Part shown: positions 18,628 through 26,881 of the stretch, piece by piece | How the letters are laid out: each line of letters starts with the position of its first letter | Position numbering within the stretch: position 1 is the first letter of the stretch | Assembly: GCF_000284115.1 (NCBI RefSeq) | Contig: NC_017080.1 | Location: 2,670,001-2,702,000 of the forward strand | DNA length: 32,000 nucleotides | Reading direction: 5' to 3' | Origin: Phycisphaera mikurensis NBRC 102666 | GTDB taxonomy: Bacteria > Planctomycetota > Phycisphaerae > Phycisphaerales > Phycisphaeraceae | Position numbers and translations under genes: made by a program | The notes under the pieces: generated by a model | What the model was told of the DNA's origin: nothing | The model's database searches: none | What the model saw: only the letters and a program-made list of their open reading frames with translations

Positions 18628-19341
18628 TCACGCCGCGATCCGCGGGTAGAGGCTCAGCAGCTTGATCCGGGCGTCATCGGCGGTGAACTGCCAGTGCACG
18701 CCTCGCTGGCTCTGGTTGCGAGCGGCCGCCCAGGCTCGGGCCTCGCGATCGATCTCCTGGATGGTGTCGATCCGTCGGCCGAGGCATTGCCTTGAGAGCA
18801 CACTCAGTTCGCACTCGGCGATGTTCAGCCACGAACCGTGGGCCGGCGTGTGCACCAGCTCGATCCGCTCAGCGATCCGCCGCGCCTCTGCTGCCTCAAA
18901 TGCTTCGTACAACGACGCGATCCTGTGGGTGTTCAGGTTGTCGCACACCAGGCGGATCCGCGTCGCTGACTCATAACGCGGGGCGTCCACCAACGCCTGG
19001 ATCTGGTGGGCCCAGTCCGCCGCGGTGCGTCGCCGACTGGTCCGAACGTCCCGCCACCCAGCCAACGGCTCGGTGAACATCCACAGGTTGCAGGTGCCGT
19101 GCCGCACGTACTCGTGGTCCTCGATCCGACGGCCGGTGGAGTCGGTGAAGCGGCGGCGGGTCTCGCCGATGAGCTGCTTGGGCTGCTCGTCCATGCACAC
19201 CACCGGCAACGCCGGGTCGTAGGCGAGCGCGTACAGGCACAGCACCGCCTCCATGGCCGCCACGAACGCCGCGGACTGCTCCGGCGGGATGCACCACATC
19301 TTCTTCCTCCACGGCTTCAGACCGTTTTTTGAAGAGCGCAC
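18628..19341 (-). CDS. IS630-family transposase OrfB (DDE_3 catalytic part), probably expressed by -1 frameshift from OrfA
   Basis: PALPVVCMDEQPKQLIGE...IRLVCDNLNTHRIASLYEAF...RIELVHTPAHGSWLNIAECELSVLSRQCL. Overlaps OrfA at an A6 run (minus strand CTCTTCAAAAAACGG). Confidence 0.9.
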   Translation of the reverse strand: MRSSKNGLKPWRKKMWCIPPEQSAAFVAAMEAVLCLYALAYDPALPVVCMDEQPKQLIGETRRRFTDSTGRRIEDHEYVRHGTCNLWMFTEPLAGWRDVRTSRRRTAADWAHQIQALVDAPRYESATRIRLVCDNLNTHRIASLYEAFEAAEARRIAERIELVHTPAHGSWLNIAECELSVLSRQCLGRRIDTIQEIDREARAWAAARNQSQRGVHWQFTADDARIKLLSLYPRIAA

Positions 19342-19799
19342 CGCACCGCTTCGCGGCTGATCGAGTCCACCACCTTCAGCTCCACCAGCCGGCCGGCCAG
19401 GAGGCGGAGGCTCCAGCGATCATGGCCCTCGGGCGGGTCCGAGCAGGCGATCGTCACCAGCTGAGCTTCGCCTACGCCGTCGAGCTTGCGTTGCATCGCG
19501 CGGTCTTGAGGCTTGCGTTCGAGCAACGAGAGCGGACCTTCCTCGACAGCCTTCTTCCGCCAGCCCTCCACAGTGCGGACACCCGCGTCGAAAGCCTCGG
19601 CGATCTGCTCGTCGGTCCAGGCCGGAGCGCCGGGCGATTCGTCGCACTTGAGCAGGGCTTGCGCCCGCTGGATCTTCCAGCCGGCGACGCGGCCGCTGCG
19701 GACCAGCGTGGTCAGCTGCTCCCGCTCGTCGTCGGTGAGGTGGACGTGGTAGAGCTTCCGATTCTTGAGCTTCGCAGCCATCCTTGGCCTCCGTTGCAT
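19317..19799 (-). CDS. IS630-family transposase OrfA (helix-turn-helix part)
   Basis: LTDDEREQLTTLVRSGRVAGWKIQRAQALLKCDES...WTDEQIAEAFDAGVRTVEGWRKKAVEEG. Confidence 0.9.
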   Translation of the reverse strand: MQRRPRMAAKLKNRKLYHVHLTDDEREQLTTLVRSGRVAGWKIQRAQALLKCDESPGAPAWTDEQIAEAFDAGVRTVEGWRKKAVEEGPLSLLERKPQDRAMQRKLDGVGEAQLVTIACSDPPEGHDRWSLRLLAGRLVELKVVDSISREAVRCALQKTV

Positions 19800-19864
19800 T
19801 TGGTGGTGAACACGTGCACGGTGACGCTACACGCCTCACCCGCAGATCGGCGGCAGCCGCGGCA

Positions 19865-20545
19865 CTAGCCGGCCGCGGCGGCCGCGATCGCCCGCTCCAC
19901 CGCGACCAGGTGGCACCCCGCCCCGCCCACCACGAAGCCGTGCCAGATCGCGTGGTTGAAGGGCAAGCCCTCCATCAGGAAGAAGACGACGCCGACGGTG
20001 TAGACGACGCCGCCGGCCAGCAGCCAGGCCAGCGACGCGGGCGGGATCGCCGCGACGGCCGGGCCCGCGACCGGCAGCATCATCCAGCCCATCGCCAGCT
20101 TCAGCCCCAGCTGCACCCACCCGAAGCGGTGGAAGTGCCGCAAACAGATCCAGACGCCGACGGCGGCGAGCGTCCACTGCGTGGCGGCGAGGCCCAGCCC
20201 CACCGCCCCGCCGATCACCGCCACCGCGAAGGGCGTGTACGTCGCCGCGATCGCGGCGTAGATCATCGCGTGGTCGGCGCGGCGGGCGCGGTCCTTCCGC
20301 GGGCCCTCCGCGTGCAGGTGGTACGCCGCCGACGCGGCGAAGGTGACCGCCATGGCGAGAGCGAAGAACACGCCCGTCCAGACGAGCACCGGCGGCGCGG
20401 CCGACGGCGAGCCGACCGCCAGCCAGACGCCGGCGAGTGCCGCCAGCACCGCCGCCGCCGCGTGCGAGGCGAGGTTCGCCCGCTCCTCCGCGGGCGTCGG
20501 CGAGCTGGGCAGCTGCGGGTTGGGGAACCATCTCGACAGCCGCAT
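19865..20545 (-). CDS. Hemolysin III / TrhA family membrane protein
   Basis: EERANLASHAAAAVLAALAGVWLAV, ALAMAVTFAASAAYHLHAEGPRKDRARRADHAMIYAAIAATYTPFAV, ALPFNHAIWHGFVVGGAGCHLVAV. Confidence 0.9.
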   Translation of the reverse strand: MRLSRWFPNPQLPSSPTPAEERANLASHAAAAVLAALAGVWLAVGSPSAAPPVLVWTGVFFALAMAVTFAASAAYHLHAEGPRKDRARRADHAMIYAAIAATYTPFAVAVIGGAVGLGLAATQWTLAAVGVWICLRHFHRFGWVQLGLKLAMGWMMLPVAGPAVAAIPPASLAWLLAGGVVYTVGVVFFLMEGLPFNHAIWHGFVVGGAGCHLVAVERAIAAAAAG

Positions 20546-20596
20546 CGGCCGACCCTACGCGCCCCCGGCCCCGCCGCGGAGCCCATACTGCCGGCC

Positions 20597-22654
20597 ATGC
20601 CGAAGCCGCTCCGTCCGGCCGTTCTCTCGCTCCTGCTCTGCGGCCCCGCGGCCGCGCTCACGCTCCACCCGACCCTCGGCAGCCACGCCGTGCTGCAGCG
20701 GGACCGGGCGGTGCCGGTCTTCGGGTCCGACGTCCCGGGCAGCCGGGTCCGCGTGACGCTGCTCGACGGCGGGCGCGAGCTGGCCTCGGCGGAGGCCATC
20801 ACCCGCGACGACGGCCGCTTCGCGGTGGAGCTCCCGCCGCAGCCGGCGGGCGGGCCGTACGCGATCGACGTGGTCCGCTTGCCCGCGGCGGGACTCTCCG
20901 AGGTGGCGCAGCGGATCGACGACGTGCTCTTCGGCGAGGTCTGGGTCGCCTCGGGCCAGAGCAACATGCAGTGGCCCGTCTCCCGCTCCGACGGCGGCGG
21001 GGCCGCGGACGCGGAGCCGATCGCCGGCGTGCGTCACCTGCAGGTCGAGCGGACCGCGGCGCCGAAGCCCGCCGACGCGCCCTCGTCCGCGGCCTGGCGG
21101 AGGACCGAGCCGGGCCACACCGCCGGCTTCAGCGCCGTCGCCCACCACTTCGCCCGCGAGCTGCACGCCGAGGCCGGCGTGCCCGTGGGCATCCTCCACG
21201 CCAGCTGGGGCGGCACGCCCGCCGCCGCCTGGACGCCGCGGCCCGCGCTGCGCAGCACGCCGGAGACCGCGCCGCTGATCGAAGCGGACGACGCGGCGGC
21301 CGCCACGCCCCACGACGCCGCGGCCCGGGCGGAGGCGCTCGCCGCCTGGGAAGCCCGCCACGCCCCCGGCGGGCCCGAGTCGCCGCGTTGGCTGGATCCG
21401 GGCCTGGAGCCCGGCGAGATCCGCTACGCCGCCACCGCGTACGACGACGGCGACTGGGCCCCCGTGGACCTTCCGGTCTCGATCGAGTCGCTTCCAGGGG
21501 CCGATCCCGCCGGCGTCGATGGAGCCGCCTGGTTCCGCAAGCGGGTCGCGCTCCCCGCGGCTCTGCGCGGGCGAGCCCTGACGCTGCGCCTCGGCCGGAT
21601 CGACGACGCCGACACCGCCTTCGTCGACGGGGTGGAGGTCGGCCGCACGCCGCAGACGCTGCCCAGGCCCTACGCCGTCGAGCGGGCGTACGCGGTGCCC
21701 GCGGCCGCCACCGGGGACGGCGAGCTGGTGATCGCGGTCCGCGTCTTCGACGACTACGGCGAAGGCGGCTTCACCGGGCGGCGCGAGGATCTCCGGCTCG
21801 GTGCGGAGGGCGTCGCCCCGCTCGCGATCGCGGACGGCTGGCGGGCCCGGATCACCGGCCCGCGCAAGCCGCTGGGGCGGCCGGTGGTGGCACCGCCCGG
21901 GGAGCCGGGGCCGCCCGCGCAGAACCGCCCCGCCTTCCTCTACAACGGCATGATCGCCGGCCTCACCCGCACGCCCGTCGCCGGGATCATCTGGTACCAG
22001 GGAGAGAGCGACGCCGGCGAGCCGGAGCGGTACCGGACGCTGTTCCCGCTGCTGATCCGCAGCTGGCGCGAAGCCTGGGGCCGGCCCGCGCTGCCCTTCC
22101 TCTTCGTCCAGCTCGCCCGCTTCCGCGCCCCGCTCGGCGAGGCGTTCCGCGATGACGGCTGGGGCCCGATCCGCGACGCCCAGGCCCACGCCAACGCGAC
22201 CGTCCCGGCCACCGGCATGGCCGTGATCCTCGACCTCGACGACCCCGACTTCAACGACATCCACCCCGGCAACAAGACCGACGTCGGCCGGCGGCTCGCC
22301 CGCCTGGCCCTCCGCGACGTGTACGGGCGGGACGTCGCCGCCGAAGGTCCGCGCGTGGCCGGCGTCGTGCGCCGCGGGCGAGCCGCCGTCGTCCGCTTCG
22401 ACGCCGCCGCCCCCCCGCTCCGCACCGACGACGGCGCCGCCCCCGCCGAGTTCTGGCTGCGTGCCGCCGACGGCACGATCGCCCGCGCCGCGGCCGCGAT
22501 CGAGCCCGCCGGCGACGCCCTCCGCCTGACCGCCCCCGGCGTCGACGAGCCCGTCGAGGTGATCTACGCGTGGGCCACCAACCCCATCGGCGTCAACCTC
22601 ACCGACGGCACCGGCCTGCCCACCGCCCCCTTCCGCCTCCCGATCGCGGACTGA
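20597..22654 (+). CDS. Sialate O-acetylesterase-like secreted protein
   Basis: ORF 19784..22654; ATG 20597 with signal peptide MPKPLRPAVLSLLLCGPAAALTLHPTLGSHAVLQRDRAVPVFG. GEVWVASGQSNMQWPVSRS, ILHASWGGTPAAAWTPR, IIWYQGESDAGEPERYRTLFPLLIRSWREAWG, DLDDPDFNDIHPGNKTDVGRRLA. Confidence 0.95.
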   Translation: MPKPLRPAVLSLLLCGPAAALTLHPTLGSHAVLQRDRAVPVFGSDVPGSRVRVTLLDGGRELASAEAITRDDGRFAVELPPQPAGGPYAIDVVRLPAAGLSEVAQRIDDVLFGEVWVASGQSNMQWPVSRSDGGGAADAEPIAGVRHLQVERTAAPKPADAPSSAAWRRTEPGHTAGFSAVAHHFARELHAEAGVPVGILHASWGGTPAAAWTPRPALRSTPETAPLIEADDAAAATPHDAAARAEALAAWEARHAPGGPESPRWLDPGLEPGEIRYAATAYDDGDWAPVDLPVSIESLPGADPAGVDGAAWFRKRVALPAALRGRALTLRLGRIDDADTAFVDGVEVGRTPQTLPRPYAVERAYAVPAAATGDGELVIAVRVFDDYGEGGFTGRREDLRLGAEGVAPLAIADGWRARITGPRKPLGRPVVAPPGEPGPPAQNRPAFLYNGMIAGLTRTPVAGIIWYQGESDAGEPERYRTLFPLLIRSWREAWGRPALPFLFVQLARFRAPLGEAFRDDGWGPIRDAQAHANATVPATGMAVILDLDDPDFNDIHPGNKTDVGRRLARLALRDVYGRDVAAEGPRVAGVVRRGRAAVVRFDAAAPPLRTDDGAAPAEFWLRAADGTIARAAAAIEPAGDALRLTAPGVDEPVEVIYAWATNPIGVNLTDGTGLPTAPFRLPIAD

Positions 22655-22842
22655 CAACGCTCCAAAAACCGCGGATCGCGACGCCCAAGACAACAAACCC
22701 CCCACGGTCCGCGGGCCCGGGGCCCGGGGCCCGGAACAGGGACGACCCAACTTCAACTCAGGGGAAGGAAGGGGGAAGAAAGTGGGGAAGAAAGGGTGAG
22801 GAAGAAAGGGTGACAGCCACGAGGAAGGAAGGGTGGCAGCCA

Positions 22843-24409
22843 CGAATGGCACTGCCGGCTTCTGGCATTCGCAGGCCGCATGCCGCGCCTCCCGCTGGTG
22901 TTTCCACAGCCGCCGCGAGATTCGCAGCAACGCCACGATCTTCGGACGCAGCTTGTTTGCCCGGGGCTCCTCCCGATCCGGCCGGTGCCCCACACGCACC
23001 GCACACGGTCCCGACTCGCCGGCCTGCCGCGTCGCGGAGGTCGCGGGTCGGATCGCCAACGCCACCCAGCCCGCCGCGGCCAGCTGCATCCCCAGCATGA
23101 AGCTCGCCGTCCGCGGAGACCGGCCCGGACGCCTCGCCGCGATTGCCTCGGCCATCCGCTGGCGGATCAGGTTGTTCGCGAGGATCCCGCACCACAGCTC
23201 CGTGAGCACCATCCGCGGGGTCTTCGCCCGCAGCCGCTCCAGGTTCAGGCTGCACTTGAGCACGCGGAGGTCCAGCTCCACCAGCCAACGCCCCCGGTAG
23301 AGCTCGCGGATCCAGTCCGCGTCGTCCACCCCGGGATCCAGCATCGTCGTCGCGACGGTGAATCCCTCGGGCCGGCTGGAGCCGCCGGGCTTCACGCCGA
23401 TCAGGCGCACCTTGATCTCCGCCGCGAAGCCGGCGAACTCCTCGGGCGTCATCCACTCCGGCCGGCACCTGGGCTTCACCCACACCACCCACCGCTGCGA
23501 GCGATCCCCGGGCACCGACTCGGCCCCGGGCGGGCGGTTCTCCCGCTTGTGGTGGTTCTTCATCACCACGTCGATGCCGCGCCGCTGGCACGCGGCGAGC
23601 AGCCAGTACGTGCAGTGGAAGGAGTCGGCCACGAGGACGTCCCCGGGCTTGAAGCCGTCAAGCAGCTGGCGGAGCAACGCCGTTTCTCCGGTGGCCTTGC
23701 CGCTGTACGGCCCGACGACCAGGTCGAGCACGCACCCGGTGAACACGGACGTCACCACCAAACAGCGCAGGATCGGGAAGCCCAGGCCCTGCTTCTGCGC
23801 CGGGTTCTGCGGGAACACCGCCTGGTTGGCGGGGGTGTCGGCGGCGGTGACGGTGCAGCCGTCGATGAGGTGGATCGACCGGCCACGGGCTCCGTCGCGG
23901 ATCCGCTTCTGCTGAGCCGCCAGGTTCCGGGGGTCGTTGCGGTTTCGGTCTTCCGCGCCATCGGGCTCGGCGTCGAGAGCCGCCGCGGCGTGCGCCTCGG
24001 CTTCGTCGTGGATCTCTCGGCAGACGTCGCGGACCGCGGCGCTGGTGATCTTCGCACGCGCCCGGCAGTACGCCCCGGTGTTGAGCTCGGTGACCTTGCC
24101 GCACGCCTGGCCGAAGAAGGTGAGCACGCGTGCGACGGCGGCCGCGCAGCTGCGCTGCTCGTTGGCGTGGAAGCACGAGGAGACCATGGCCCACAGCGTG
24201 ATCGCGGGGGTGTAGACCGCGCCGTCGGCCACGCCGAAGCGGATGCCGTGGCGGTCGAAGATGGCCTGGATCTTCGCACCGGCGAGGCGGGCGACATCGG
24301 CGTGGCGTCCCATGGACGCGGCGATGAGGCAGAAGGAGATGCTTGCGGGCGTGGAAGATCCCGCGGCCGAAGCCGCGGGATCCGACGCCGCCTGGCGTAC
24401 AACAGGCAT
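22843..24409 (-). CDS. IS4-like transposase; coding portion inside the element (the frame stays open beyond it)
   Basis: Part of ORF 20555..24520. LIDGCTVTAADTPANQAVFPQN, DVLVADSFHCTYWLLAACQRRGIDVVMKNHHKR, LYRGRWLVELDLRVLKCSLNLERLRAKTPRMVLTELWCGILANNLIR. ATG candidate at 24409; no in-frame stop before 20555, so the listed end is the element boundary and not a stop codon. Confidence 0.75.
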
Positions 24410-24622
24410 GGACCGTCCTTGGTCGAGAAGGTTGCCGCCAACGCCCAAGGAGATCCTGCCGGCCTGAGCGTACCCGCCAAGGCTCCTGCCCACGCGCCCC
24501 GCGGAGACAGCCGGCGACACGAGCTTCGACGCAGGAACACGGCTTCAACGCCGGGACGCCGCCTGCGCTGCGCGACCCCTGCAACCGCCGCTCAGGGGCT
24601 CAAGACCGGGCAGTGCCATTCG
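22843..24622 (-). mobile_element. IS4-like insertion sequence, ~1.78 kb, proposed ends at inverted 14-mer CGAATGGCACTGCC
   Basis: CGAATGGCACTGCC at 22843-22856 and GGCAGTGCCATTCG at 24609-24622 bracket the transposase. The similarity continues imperfectly outward (GGTGGCAGCCAC versus GGTGTCAGCACC). No target duplication could be fixed, so exact ends are uncertain. Confidence 0.65.
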
Positions 24623-24758
24623 GTGCTGACACCTTCTCCGCTGACACCTTTTCCGCTGCTCCGGCACCCGCGAGGGCTTCATACGCGCAGCCCCGCCGCT
24701 CCTCGCGAGGCTGCGCGTACCACGCCGGGGGAATGCGCTTTTCCGGGATCGGCGGGAC

Positions 24759-24824
24759 GGTACGCCGCGGGTTCGCCGGGGCCTAGACACGGGGCTCGCT
24801 CGGCCTAGACACGGGTTCGCCGGG
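24759..24824. repeat. Short tandem repeat, ~22-nt period (GCCTAGACACGGGNTCGCYSGG), about 3 copies, the first degenerate
   Basis: GCCTAGACACGGGGCTCGCTCG at 24781 and GCCTAGACACGGGTTCGCCGGG at 24803; the preceding sequence ends CGCGGGTTCGCCGGG. Confidence 0.75.
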
Positions 24825-25010
24825 TAGGTTGCTCTGTCACCGGAGCCGGAGGCGCTCCGTTGCGAATGGCTTCCGCCGGACGCTCGGCGGCGACGGGGAG
24901 GCCAAGGCCGCCCGCCAAGACGACAACAACGATGTGAAGAGCAACACGGGGCATGGCGTCTCCATCAGCGGCCAACATCCGGTGTCACGGTATGCGCTAC
25001 CTGAAGGCGG

Positions 25011-25580
25011 TCACCACAGCGGGTCGGGGTCCGAGATCCTCAGGTAGAGATCGAGGGTCAGCTCGGGCTTGCCCCGCGGGCGCCTGGAGACGTCGAGCGA
25101 GATCCCGTTGGGTGTGTCCAGGTCTTTGTAGATCGAGAGGCTCGCCGAGCCGTCGCTGATCTCTCGGTAAGCAATCCCGGTGACGAGTTCTTCTAATGCC
25201 GTGGCCTCTCGCTCGCTGACCGTCCGGCCCGTCGCTCGGATGAGGCTGAGTGCGAGTTCAGAGACCTCCGGTGCTTCCATGACATCCCGACCCGCGAAGA
25301 GGTAGTAGCCGAGGCTCTCGGGCGACCATTGCTCCTTCTTGGAGATTGTTCGGTAGGCGTAGCGCGCCGCGGGCTCCGTGCCACCCGGAGACTTAATGAC
25401 CACCCACCCCGGGCCGTCGCTTTCGATCAGGCTGTATTCAGTCCAGGCAAGGGTTCGCATCGGTGGAGTCGCATCAATCCACCTGTCTTCCAGCGACCGG
25501 ACGACGATCTCTATGGGAGGATCCTCCGCTCTCCCGCACCCCATCGCGCTCGCGAAGACGAGAGAAACTGCAAGCGTCAA
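25011..25580 (-). CDS. Hypothetical secreted/lipoprotein-like protein
   Basis: ORF 25011..25946; downstream TTG candidate at 25580 gives (M)TLAVSLVFASAMGCGRAEDPPIEIVVRSLEDRW, a short hydrophobic leader ending in a lipobox-like AMGC. The start is uncertain because repeats occupy the upstream sequence. Confidence 0.5.
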   Translation of the reverse strand: MTLAVSLVFASAMGCGRAEDPPIEIVVRSLEDRWIDATPPMRTLAWTEYSLIESDGPGWVVIKSPGGTEPAARYAYRTISKKEQWSPESLGYYLFAGRDVMEAPEVSELALSLIRATGRTVSEREATALEELVTGIAYREISDGSASLSIYKDLDTPNGISLDVSRRPRGKPELTLDLYLRISDPDPLW

Positions 25581-25600
25581 TGCTGGCGGGATACAGAGGG

Positions 25601-25859
25601 AGCGGAAAAGGTGACAGCCACCGTTTATCTTCCCGTCGGAGGAGCGGAAAAGGTGACAGCCACCGTTTATCTTCCCGTTGGAGCGGAAAAGGTGACAGCC
25701 ACCGTTTATCTTCCCGTTGGGGACCGCCCCGCCGCCTCTCCAGGAGGAGCGGAAAAGGTGACAGCCACCGTTTATCTTCCCGTCGGAGCGGAAAAGGAGC
25801 GGAAAAGGTGACAGCCACCGTTTATCTTCCCGTCGGGGACCGCCCCGCCGCCTCTCCAG
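25601..25859. repeat. Iterated repeat array: five copies of 39-nt AGCGGAAAAGGTGACAGCCACCGTTTATCTTCCCGTYGG plus one truncated copy
   Basis: Copies at 25601-25639, 25643-25681, 25682-25720, 25748-25786 and 25798-25836; truncated AGCGGAAAAGG at 25787-25797. Copies 3 and 5 are each followed by GGACCGCCCCGCCGCCTCTCCAG (25721-25743, 25837-25859). Confidence 0.97.
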
Positions 25860-26080
25860 AGGACCCTCTCGGGAGCGTCGGGGTCCTCCTCGTCGGCGAA
25901 GAACGAGCGTCGGCCATTTCCTTGGTTCATCACGTGGTTCACGCAATCCTCGGCGGCGATCTGGGGGTGGAGCGGGGCGTCGGACCGGGGATCCGGCTCC
26001 GCATCATGAGGGGGCCCCTTCCGGACCCCTTCCGGACCGGGGACGCCCTGCCCCCGCTGCGGCTCACCGGCGCTCGAGGC

Positions 26081-26452
26081 TCAGATCGCGTCGTCGAGGA
26101 ACTGCTCGTGCTGCTGCTGGTTGTTGTGCCGCGCCAGCAGGTGCCTCCACTCCGCCAGCGCCGCCACGGCTTCGTCGTGGTCCAGCCCGGACTCGATGAT
26201 GGGGCAGATGTACCCCGCCCGCTTGCCGTCCCTACGCAAGCCGACGCCAAGCCCGCCGGCCTCGATGACCAGCTCGTCGTAGGGCGCCTCGTGCACGTGG
26301 CCTTGGTGCTCCGGGAAGATGGCGCACCATCGCACCCGCTGCGGGTCGTCCAGCCACCGCACGGTCGCGAGGATGAAGTCCAGGTGCGTGCCGGTGGGCA
26401 TGAACACGGCACCCTGCTCCACCATTTCGTCTGCCAGCTGCTGCGGTGTCAT
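26081..26452 (-). CDS. Hypothetical protein
   Basis: MTPQQLADEMVEQGAVFMPTGTHLDFILATVRWLDDPQRVRWCAIFPEHQGHVHEAPYDELVIEAGGLGVGL...EQFLDDAI*. Composition looks like genuine globular protein, unlike neighbouring Arg/Pro/Ala-only frames. Confidence 0.6.
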   Translation of the reverse strand: MTPQQLADEMVEQGAVFMPTGTHLDFILATVRWLDDPQRVRWCAIFPEHQGHVHEAPYDELVIEAGGLGVGLRRDGKRAGYICPIIESGLDHDEAVAALAEWRHLLARHNNQQQHEQFLDDAI

Positions 26453-26763
26453 CGCCTCGTCCTCCGTGCCGGTGCGGCCTCCGCCTCAGGTGCGACCGCC
26501 TCCGGGATGCGGGGTCGGGCAGCTGCATGGAGGCGTGGCGGGCACCGTCGGCACCTGCGCTGCTGAGCCGCCTCGGCCACGGGGAGGGCAGGCTAGCTCG
26601 TCAGACGCAGAGCCTGATGATCGTGCCTGACCACAGCCGCGTGGGCGCGCCACGCGAAACGCCACGCTGCGCCGGGCGACTCAGGGGTACGCCCTGCAAC
26701 CCGAGACAACCCGACAGCTCACCTCGAGGGCAGCCGCACATGATGCAACCCTCTCGCCAGCAC

Positions 26764-26798
26764 CAACAAAACCGCCCCAGCGGGCGGCCGGGGCGGTT
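26764..26798 (-). terminator. Intrinsic terminator-like hairpin downstream of tRNA-Lys
   Basis: Minus strand AACCGCCCC-(11 nt)-GGGGCGGTT followed by TTGTTG; perfect 9-bp stem (26770-26778 with 26790-26798). Confidence 0.7.
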
Positions 26799-26807
26799 GG
26801 GTGGACG

Positions 26808-26881
26808 TGCCCCCTCTAGGACTCGAACCTAGGACCCGCTGATTAAGAGTCAGCTGCTCTAACCAACTGAGCTAAGGAGGC
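26808..26881 (-). tRNA. tRNA-Lys (anticodon CTT), no encoded CCA
   Basis: Minus strand GCCTCCTTAGCTCAGTTGGTTAGAGCAGCTGACTCTTAATCAGCGGGTCCTAGGTTCGAGTCCTAGAGGGGGCA folds as a cloverleaf. Confidence 0.95.

Larger units (their letters stand above)
18620..19865 (-). mobile_element. IS630-family insertion sequence, 1246 bp, flanked by TA duplication
   Basis: Inverted ends: left GTGCCGCGTCACGCCGCGATCCGCGGGT; right (reverse complement) GTGCCGCGGCTGCCGCCGATCTGCGGGT. TA at 18618-18619 and 19866-19867. Two-ORF DDE transposase inside. Confidence 0.9.

Noticed and set aside
20437-22155. Alternative plus-strand 572-aa ORF in the esterase region
   Set aside because: It is out of frame with the motif-bearing sialate O-acetylesterase and has low-complexity composition.
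22880-24808. 642-aa plus-strand ORF over the IS4-like element
   Set aside because: It is antisense to a recognisable transposase and lacks recognisable motifs.
25601-25859. CRISPR array
   Set aside because: Units are nearly contiguous with 0-27 nt irregular gaps, part of the between-repeat sequence is itself duplicated, no unique spacers are present, and no cas genes are nearby.
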